Positions 51,777 through 61,700 of a stretch of 64,000 bases of DNA are shown piece after piece. Under the pieces are notes generated by a model. The model worked only from the letters and a program-made list of their open reading frames with translations, was not told where the DNA came from and made no database searches. Source of the DNA: Takakia lepidozioides (Eukaryota; Plantae; Bryophyta); NCBI GenBank assembly GCA_030704615.1, contig CM060734.1, positions 44,020,001 to 44,084,000 on the forward strand, given 5' to 3'. Within the stretch, counting starts at the first letter, position 1, and every line of letters starts with the position of its first letter. Both the position numbers and the translations under genes were made by a program.

Positions 51777-53752
51777 TCATCTTTTGGCATGCTTGATAGT
51801 TCGGCGTGTATCCAATTCACATTAGGTTGCGATGGTAACTTCAGCGTGACTGGACCAAATAAAGTCCCTGCTTGTAGAAGAGGTTGTGTGGATGTTGATG
51901 CTTGATTGGACCCTTGATTCCTCTCATCCCGAGATCGTCGCCATGGAAGTTAACTTTGCGTTTCCTGCATCACAGGATTTGTAAATGACACTCTAGGCTG
52001 ATGACTGAATTGATATTGCTTTGGGGAATTGGAATTTGGATCTCTTTGTAGTATTTGCGGAGCAAAGTACATCCCGTGTTGGGGTGGTAAATTTGCCGGA
52101 GGCACCTGATTATATTGATCAGGAAATGGCGTTCTTTGACCTCGTAGATTTTGATCAACTTGCCATTGGGTTGTAGGTTTTGGCCTCTCAATATTTCTCA
52201 TTCGACAGCGCTCCAAAGGATATCCTACTAAACCACAATGAAGACATGTGACATCATTCCAACAATCTTCTATTCTATGACTAGACCGACCACACTTTCC
52301 ACACGGCGGATAACGGTTTCATGGCCTATACCCCTGTCCTGGTGGAGGATTATGGGATGGAGGTGGTCCCCTTTCCTGGATCGGGTTGGGAAAATGTTGG
52401 GGATCATGGCCTGACCCTCGACAATTATAACACCATAACTTGGACGCATTAGGACCCGTCTCAGCTAATGGAACCTGAGTATCCTTGTGATGGACATAAC
52501 TGGAAACCTGCTGACCAATGGCACTAACTCTATCCCCCATGGACTCAACAGCTCTCAACACAGGTGTTAGTTGTTCCTCAAAATGTCCCATCCGATCATT
52601 GCTAGTGGATCCCGTATATGATTCAGCAGGAACTGACTGAAAGTGCCTTGCTGGGTTTGAGGGGGTGGTGGTAGCCACCAAAGGCATTGCAGATGTCATC
52701 GGGGCAGTAGGAACCATCCCTCCAGTCATTGTCGGTCTGTAATAGGGCGGGGGAGGTGTCCCAGAAAGTGCAAGCGTTGGATTAACCGTAATGTATGAAG
52801 GAAGTGCCATCTCCGGCATCTTCGCACGTTGAACCTGACGATGCATGTTGTCATGTTCTTTCCCTGAGTTGATCGCATCTGCTAATGTAACATGTCTCTG
52901 TTGCAACACAATCAAGTGAATATCATCTCGTAACCCACTCAGAAAGCAATATTTCATAACCCCATCATCCGAGGGTGTTAGAGGATTCTGTAATCGCATT
53001 AGCTCTTTGAAATGCATCTCAAAATCAGCAACTTCCTCGTTTGGTCCCTGTCTAATTCTGGCAAAGGCCATAAGAACACTTGTAAACTGATGTACTGCTC
53101 TGAAATGAGTTAGAAAAGCATCTCTAAATTGAGCCCAATGTTGAAATGAACCCCCGTTTTGCTGCCAATACCAAGTCAACGCTCTACCCCTTAAAGTCGT
53201 AGGGAACCACATCAACCAATAAGCATCATCCAAAGCCTGATTGGAGTAACAACTTTGGATAAAAATTTTGACATGATATTGAGGGTTTTCATGTGGTTCA
53301 CCAGAAAACCAAGGCAAGTGACCTGGTAGTGGCAATGGAGCCAACCCTGCTGGAACCACGATTGGGATATCCGGAGCAAGCGGTGTTGGTGGAGGTGTCG
53401 GTGCCGGCGGTGCCTGTGGTGGTTGTGGCTGCGCCATTGGACCTCCTGGGCTCAGCGGTGGGTTAGATGCTGGACTACTGGGTCTAGCTGGGCTTAAAGG
53501 TGGAGATGATACTGAAGATTCAGAACCTTCAGAGTCCTGTCCATTCAGATCTATATTCAGGTGGTCTATGGGTTGATTAACCGAAGTCTCTTCCGTTTCT
53601 TCTTCAGATGTTGTTACTTGAACTGTAATTTTGGGTAATTGAAAAAATCTTTCTCTAATTGATGCGCGAAATATTCTACGTCTAAGTCTAGGATCTGTTT
53701 CTCCGGAATCTATACTAGGACTGTGATGGAAACTAGAAGCAGGACTCGACAT
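51777..53752 (-). pseudogene. Gypsy gag with three CCHC-type knuckles (two in-frame stops)
   Basis: FSGEPHENP, FPTTLRGRALTWY, W.QFRDAFL.HF, Q..NEEV, FLSGLR; knuckles CYNCRGSGH, CGKCGRSSHRIEDC and CLHCGLVGYPLERC. Confidence 0.9.
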
Positions 53753-53796
53753 TCATTTTCGATACTTGGCTTATCCTGTTGGCGTCGCTTATACTA

Positions 53797-54306
53797 TCAA
53801 GGTCGAAGATAACCCTGTATAATCATAGCAACAATGAAAGAATTCAAATCAGTGTATTGTTGGTAAAAACGAGGTTGTGGTGATACATCAGCGTGTAACT
53901 GCATATGAAATCGCGCGCCGACTCCAGATGGGGGAGGCTGGTTACAATAATTGCACTGCTCTTTACGGATCATGTAATGTTCAGCAAACAACCGGCACGG
54001 GACACAATGCGTCAGATAATCAACTTGCCATCTAATGTGAGCTGCTATGGAAGATCTCGGGTGCAGGGCTCCTAAATAAATTCTTGTACACGAGCAATCT
54101 GGCCACATTGGACGATCACGGCACCAATAGAACCGTTGTCGACACCCATCTGGTAGTATTCCATCTAACCAAGCTCGCTCATTAATCCATCTCCTTCTTT
54201 CACGTAAGGAAAGTCGATCAAGGTGAGCCTCTATCCTAGATCTAATATCATCGGGGTTGTTCCAAAACCGCCTTCTAATACGCTTAACCCTTGCTTCAAA
54301 ACTCAT
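53797..54306 (-). CDS. Retrotransposon extra ORF B (169 aa), unknown Cys/His-motif protein
   Basis: Intact ATG-to-stop ORF ending 44 nt before the gag ATG; shares a motif with ORF A. Confidence 0.7.
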   Translation of the reverse strand: MSFEARVKRIRRRFWNNPDDIRSRIEAHLDRLSLRERRRWINERAWLDGILPDGCRQRFYWCRDRPMWPDCSCTRIYLGALHPRSSIAAHIRWQVDYLTHCVPCRLFAEHYMIRKEQCNYCNQPPPSGVGARFHMQLHADVSPQPRFYQQYTDLNSFIVAMIIQGYLRP

Positions 54307-54453
54307 TACCTACATGGTTCAAGTACATGATGTCTTTTCCAATCATACACCTTTGAATCTATACATATAATTCACGATTCATATTATATCAAAATTCTGT
54401 TGTATAGCAGCAGAAGGTGTGTACAATTTGTCGGAAATGTAAACACTATGTAT

Positions 54454-55338
54454 CTATTCGGTTTCATCTACCACCTCAACTGATCCTGGTATGTCAGGAA
54501 ATCCGTCAAGCCATTCATCCACAGAATTGGCAAGCCCATCTACAACATTGGGAATGTCAATGCCCCTTAACTCCATATCTGGACTCCATGGGTTCAAGGC
54601 ATAACTGGAAGAAGCAGGGGCTTCCGCAGGGGCATATAAATCCCGGATCAGTACTGGCGCCCCTCGGATGCAAGTATTGCGTGCTAACTCAGTAACACTG
54701 ATATAATGTAACTTAATGAACAAGAAAACTAATTCAGCTGTCGTGCCCTTCCCACAGCCATAAAACATCGGCGGTGGTACCAATTGTATGTCCCTGATAG
54801 GATGAGGCAAGGGTGGCTGTAACAGATCCTCTACACTGTACCCCAATAACCAACAAACCCAATCGTGTTTCCTATCAACAGGAGTAGTGCTACCGCTACT
54901 GGTTGACACTGCTACGAACTGATCCACACTACTCCTGGGACAGAAGGTAGTATGTTGCAGACCGTTATACGCAATGATCCTACACAGGGGACAAGCATCC
55001 AGATACGCTATCTGCCATTTCAGATGCACTTCTGCTGGTGACTCAGACGTGAAGTACCCCAGAAATGGTGGCTCACAATAGCCCGGCCACCTGGTGTAGA
55101 AGCGGAAGAATTTAATGATTGGTGCTGTATACGCCTCCGGTCTGGGAGGGCCTACATTTGCTGCGATCCAATCCCCTTGATACTCCTCAGCGATTTTGAG
55201 GATCTTACTCAAACAACGATGAGTGATTTCACGCTGATTCTCGGGGTCCCATTCCCCCAAATGACATGAGGAGATGGTACGGTAATGCCCCTGCACTCTC
55301 CTCTTAAATGATACAAAGAACCGATCGTGTGTTAACAT
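54454..55338 (-). CDS. Retrotransposon extra ORF A (294 aa), unknown Cys/His-motif protein with acidic C-terminus
   Basis: Intact ATG-to-stop ORF upstream of ORF B and gag on the same strand; shares HxxWQxxYLxxCxxCR with ORF B. Confidence 0.72.
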   Translation of the reverse strand: MLTHDRFFVSFKRRVQGHYRTISSCHLGEWDPENQREITHRCLSKILKIAEEYQGDWIAANVGPPRPEAYTAPIIKFFRFYTRWPGYCEPPFLGYFTSESPAEVHLKWQIAYLDACPLCRIIAYNGLQHTTFCPRSSVDQFVAVSTSSGSTTPVDRKHDWVCWLLGYSVEDLLQPPLPHPIRDIQLVPPPMFYGCGKGTTAELVFLFIKLHYISVTELARNTCIRGAPVLIRDLYAPAEAPASSSYALNPWSPDMELRGIDIPNVVDGLANSVDEWLDGFPDIPGSVEVVDETE

Positions 55339-55569
55339 TTTTCTTCTGCACAGCCATTTTTAATCGTTGAGAATACTTCGGAAAAAAATTTATCATCAAA
55401 ACAACAAGCAAGATTTTCAAAGCAGCTAGTCTAGCTCCCGACACACACACCAAAAATATGTCAATCATTAATGCATCCCATTAACGAGTGCATACTTAAT
55501 TTAGGGTTCATGTTAGACAAAGCTAGGTTAGATCCCGAAGGCGCCGCCTAGCCCCAAGGGTGCTACTAA

Positions 55570-57940
55570 TGTGGATTATAATTTTTATATGTTATAAATG
55601 TTTCACGTTTGTAATCTGTAACCAACAGTTAGTACTAACTCATTGACGTATTTACGAAAACAATAATCCATTAATAAGCAATGCGAATGTATAATTACCC
55701 TTGGTATAAGGGTTATGGTTATTTTAGAGGAGAGATTTCTAGTGTAAATATTAGTTATTCAGTAAACAACAACAAATTAATTTCAATTAACCAACTTAGT
55801 ATTTCTTTTCTTTTTGAATATTTTATGTATATGTTCAAAAGATAGAGATACTGATTTATTTAGTTCTTACTAGTGCCCATTAATCTAGGTGAGTCAAGAA
55901 TAATTAATTAGATCATTTTGAGGGAAAGATCAGCCCAACAAACAATATTACTATAACCAAAATAAAAGAGGAGAGTCAAACTAACTATAGGAAGTACTGT
56001 GGCTGCTATTGGGATTTGAATCCCCAACCTCGAATGTGCAAGCGCAATCTCTAACCAGTAAGTCCCTCAAGTTATATTCTAAAAACATCTTGTCTATCTA
56101 AGTACTTATAGGGCTATTACAAAGGTTCTGAATAGATGAACAAAACTAAATAAATTACGGCCTGCAGGAGTTAAACCCCAAACCACGAGGGTGTAAACTA
56201 CTAGACTAACCATCAGACTAATGTAGAGATGTTGTTACAAGGTGGTTGCTTTTAGTTATTTAAACACAATAGTCCAAGCTCACTCTTTAACATGGCCTGG
56301 CAGTTAGAATTCCCTGTTTTCAAAAATTCATAAGTCCCTGCTACATTCTTCGATTCACTTTTTGTAAAGCATAAGCTGTAACCTAAGCTTTACTCAACAA
56401 GATTCTAGAATTAGTTTGTGAATCAAGGTTCATAAAAAGGTTTTTAACTCAAATCGTAGCTGCTCATAATAATAATAAAAACTATTTGCAGTCAAGAATT
56501 GCCATTTCATAATTTTGCACTCACCACTTGTTTTCCTTAAATTTGAATCAGATTCCCATTAACATTCTTCTTTCTACTAGATTCAATCAGCACCCCTTCT
56601 AGATCATCCAAACACTAATTAAGGTCTCAACTTGAAGTTAGTAATTTGAGCAATAAGACTGGATGTGCTGGGCCAACAAAGAAAACAACTAAGTCACATC
56701 CTAGTATGATTTTCCAGTTGAAAATCGATAGGGCGGTATTCTGATGATTAGCCGCCTTCAACTCAAGTACCCCAGGCACGTTACATGGAAAAGATAGAAG
56801 AAAACAGAGCAGGGAAGAAAGAAGAAAAAAAAAACAACCAACCAAAACAAGACAATTCTTTACAACGATTTGACGGTAGCTTAGGAGTGTTAGATTTCCA
56901 AGGTCGTTTCCCCTAGCTCGGCGTAAATCTAGGACTGTCTAGATACCTGAAATTCAGACTCAAGTCTGTCTCTATAGAACTCCAAGTAGGTATAGAGGGT
57001 AATCTTATACAAAATAATCAACTACTCGAGGTAGATTTTCTTCACACGGTGCTCACCCGAGCACTAGTCCCAAGTTGGTGTCGCTGATGGTGCAGGTTTG
57101 ATGAATTCTGCTCACAGACTGATCTGAATTGCTATGGTACGAACGATCTATCAGATTATAAGAGGGTATGTACACCAATACTCAAAGGAAATCTAGATAA
57201 TAACAAACTTCTCTACTTCAATCATACAAGTCTCGGCGTACCACACGACTCACGTCCACTAAACACGGCACCTTGATTCCAACGGCGTGCGGCTGTAAGA
57301 TTTAATCAAAAACTAGTTCACTATACACCGTTCCTCTTCACTACAACATCTAGCCTACACTAAAACGAAGAAAGAGAGCGAAGAGAAAGAGAGCGAAGAG
57401 GGAGAGAGCCAAGAGAAAGAGCGGGAGCGAGAGAAAATAAGAACTCGATTGTCTCTGTTCTCCCTTTCGCCGGCTGATTTATACCAGTCCGTCGCCTTAC
57501 ATCCGTCACTTGTTTTGACGATTTTCATTCATCCATTTCTCAAAAAAATAATAAATCGTCAGTGGTGCATTTTAAGCACCGACACCTAGTTAAAGTTTTT
57601 AATTAATTTTCCTTAGAGTGTTCATTAATATAAGATATATATAATCTGCGCCCTCCACCTGAACGGTCCAGATCGAACCATGTGTTTTTTCCTCCATCCA
57701 TTGTCATCCTCCAGAGATCCACCCCGTAATCCATCCATCCATGGTTCCATCCGCTGATTTCATCCATTTTCATTCTTCCTCATAAATTTCATCCATCTGT
57801 AACTTTCATCCATCCAAGGACATGACCAACTTAAGTTGGTACATGACCAACTTAAATTGATACATGAACCGTTTTAAATCCTCATGAATGTTGCTCCTCA
57901 TCCATGTCATTCATCCATTTGGGAAGTGGGGATCGCTACC
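55570..57940 (-). repeat. Putative 5' LTR/leader of the gypsy element
   Basis: Non-coding block between ORF A and the truncated F-box gene; minus-strand start GGTAGCGATCCCC resembles a mutated TGTAGCG.. LTR end; no partner LTR or clear PBS seen. Confidence 0.35.
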
Positions 57941-58614
57941 CTTGATCAACCAATATCCAGCGGTTCACATTTATCCTTGTTTTCCCATTAGATCCCTTCC
58001 CCGTGCTATGTTGAGATCGGGGAGAGGTTCCCATGCTTGAAGTAGCGAGTTGTAGCGTTATTCTGAGAGTCGTCTGCTGGTGAGATCCTCCAGCAAGATA
58101 AGCATATTTTCCTACATTTGCTAACTTACAAAGACATCGATCCTGAATCATTCTTGGCGTTGAAGACTATTCGTTGAGACTAAATCATACCTCCATACCA
58201 TGTAGCCTCTAGGATACTGTCCGCAAACCAAAAGCTGAGTTCCTGTAACTGTCGACTCCTTGTTGGAAACTTCAAAGGTATAATCCACAGGGCAGTCTGG
58301 CAGCCATCGCCAACGCGTACTACCGGAATCAAACGCCCACCACTTCCGTGCACTTATGAGAGGTTGTACATTGTGTGCAGGACCAGCCAACATGTATCCC
58401 ATTCTTCCTTGATCTCTACTCGTTTGCGAGTCTCAAGGACGTCGTTGCGGCCTTCGTCATCAACCACCGCTAGCGCATTATGCCATTTCTTACAACCACC
58501 TGTCAACGGTAAATAATAAGAGTGAGGCACCCGTGCAACGCATTCTAGTGTCACATGGTCTGTCAATCCCGGAATCAAGGAGTTGTCCTTCGACTGGTCC
58601 TCCGTCTATGCCAT
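57941..58614 (-). pseudogene. F-box/kelch-repeat pseudogene, truncated
   Basis: ATG GCA TAG (stop at codon 3), then SLIPGLTDHVTLECVARVP..CKKW (F-box), WWAFD..RWRWLP, GTQLLVCG, VWRYDL and YAYLAGG (kelch); frameshifts. Confidence 0.85.
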
Positions 58615-58711
58615 TGCTAGAATTCCATTTTATTTATAATTTCTTAATATGATTTCATACTAAACTTCATAAAATATATACTAATGTACATCAAATGTGC
58701 TATTCTAAATT

Positions 58712-61700
58712 ATGATCCAAAAAAGTGATCGACACCCACCTCCAACATTCCCTAGATCCAACAGCCCCCCACATACCTCCTCCTCCCAGCTAGCACACGC
58801 ACTCAACATACTCACCTGGAATGTCGGATCACTTGCCACCAGCATCCAAAGCCTTCTCCATCTAACGGACTCTACACCCCCGCATATCATTCTATTACAA
58901 GAAACTAAACTCAACGCACACAACCCCAACAGCTCATATATCAACAAACTCCTCCTAGCCTACTACCTGCTATATGGCAGCTCACTCACAGCCGCACAGT
59001 GCCTAAACAGACGCTCCGCGCCATATCACCCTACTCGGGGAGGGGTGGCTTTTGGCATCCTCCGCACACATCACTCCTCTAGCACCACGGTTAAAATCCC
59101 TGTCGCTCTCCCCCTACGATCACATCTTCAAATCATCAAACTACACCTTCCCGCCATCCCTCCTATTATCCTTATACACTTATACATGCCCTCACACTGC
59201 GAAGATCTCCCCCTGATCCCTGATATCCTGCTCACCATCTCTAAAACATTAACACAACCTTCCACCCACTCCCAACACTACATTCTAGCAGGCGATTTCA
59301 ACAGGGACATTGCCCTCATGGGTCACACATACAATGGTATACATAAAACTCTATCCCCCGCTGACCATGAATGGGCAAGTTTTACTCACTCACACTGTCT
59401 TTGTTATATACCCGCCGATCACCACTATTCCAGACAAGGTGGACTCAACTACTCATCCTTAAGCCTTCTTGACGGTTTCTACCTCAAGACACAAAACGAC
59501 ATCCCCACATACCTCAGCAGTCATGTACACATTAATAGTCTATGCAACTCAGACCATTACCCCGTATCAGTAACCATCCCACCATCTCTCATTTCCTTTA
59601 GACCTATTCCACCCATACATGTCCCACCGCCACAATCTAGAATCTTAACCCCACTTCCCCACAATAACATAGTCACCTTCCTAAAGCATTTCCAACCAAC
59701 ATCCTTACACCTTATGATACAACTCTCCGACATACTCTCCGAAGCAAACCTCGCGCAATCCCCTGACAAAGCCTGGACCGAAGCCGAGACCATACTCACA
59801 ACTTCAATGAAAGAAATGACCAACAGTGTCATTGTCACCTGCTCTGCCCCCCCTGAAATCCCACAAACTACACGCTCAAAACAAAATGGTGGCTACCTTA
59901 CTCGTACTCAAAAACATATTGGACATCACATCTTAACACATACCACACAATCAGGCGTGCCCTCACCATTATACCTACCACTACCCCCATCCACCCGGGA
60001 AACAACTGGCCTTCGGATCCACGTATCACCTGCCTAAACACCTTAACAATATGTCAAGCACTTATGCCTCCACCCGCCAATCCCCAAGATATTCCTTACT
60101 GGACAGCTGCTCTCTCCAAAGTTGGAAGAGATGCCAAAAAACCTGCTTACAATATTACCAAACAAAAAGCCGCCGACAATCACAAAAAATTCGTCTCTTC
60201 TTTTAACCGACTGCTACGCGACCATCCCAAAAAAGCTCACAAAGCCATCTTTAACCTTGCCCTCAACCCACCCATCGACTGTCTCAAACACAGGCACGGC
60301 CACTTGCTAACCAATCCAACGGACATCAACCAAGAAATATGGTCACAAGCATCCTCAACCTACACACCCACAGTTACAAACTGCTTACACCCTAGTCTCC
60401 ACACTGCCAACTGCACAGTGCATATGTAAAGCTAAACACTATCCATGGAATGATATAGATGGCTTCTCGATTGACAATAGAGGGTCCTCAACGGACCGCA
60501 TCCTAGACTTATTTACAATTGATCTCTACGAATCATGCCTCAAAAACTATCAAAATCTAAAGCCCCGGGCCCCGATCTTATACCAAATGCCATACTTCAA
60601 GAATTAGACCCTCAACTACATTCTTTCATTTTTAAATTTTTTCAACTATGTTACAAACTAAAACGAATCCCACACTCCTGGAAGCACAGTCGAACCATTC
60701 TACTCTTCAAAAAGGCGACCCTACAGATCTCAGTAATTATAGGCCCATAGCACTGGCCAACACCATATACAAGCTATTCACCAGCACGCTCACCACAATG
60801 TTATCAAGTTATGGCGAGCAACACCAAATTCTTAGTGACCCCCAAGAAGGATTCCGAGCTACACGCAGCACAACACGACAAATACAATGTGTTCTATCCG
60901 CACTCGAAGATGCTAAACTTACAAAGCAAGATATTTATCTTTTATATATCAATTTTAAAAATGCCTTCGGCTCCCTAGATCATGCTAGACTATTTGCTAT
61001 CATGCTTGACCTTGGTTACCCCACTGATGCCGTCCAACTAATAGGAAACATCTACACAAATACTACTACTAAATATTTTGGTGCATACTATGGTTCCACC
61101 CGCCTATCCCCATCCTCCGTGGAACTATCCAAGGTGATACCTTAAGCCCCTACCTAGAACCCCTTCTCAGATGGCTAGCTCGCGGCAAGCTCGGATACCA
61201 ATACAAAATCTCATCAAGTGACATCTCCGCTGTAGCATATGCAGATGATCAAGCTATCCTGACACATAAACCACAACACATAAACCGACAAGTTAACAAA
61301 CTATTCAGATTCAATTTATGGTCAGGCATGGAACTCAGCCTGCACAAGTGCGCCATCACAGCCGCAACACATCATAGTCGGCTCACCAAAACTGCCATAG
61401 CCTCACATTGCAAACTCTATGTACACTACCAAGACACACCATTTCCCTTTCTAGGACCAGACAAGCCATATACTTACCTAGGTATACAACTCGTCCCCTC
61501 CCTCACATGGCATATCCAAAAAGAATCTACATCATCCAAACTCGCTACCAAAAGTCTTGCCCTGCTCAAATCCCCTATTGCCATTCGACCAAAATTATCA
61601 ATCATTCAATCCGTACTACAAACACAAATTCAATATTCATTCCATGCCGCACCCTTCTCCCTACCAGACATCAAAAAACTTGATAAAAGTATTATTCAGC

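Larger units (their letters stand above)
46684..57940 (-). mobile_element. Decayed Ty3/gypsy LTR retrotransposon, non-chromovirus type, with 5' extra ORFs; 3' LTR not found
   Basis: gag-PR-RT-RH-INT order; no chromodomain after INT; no additional archaeal-type RNase H recognised; multiple stops and frameshifts. Confidence 0.9.
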
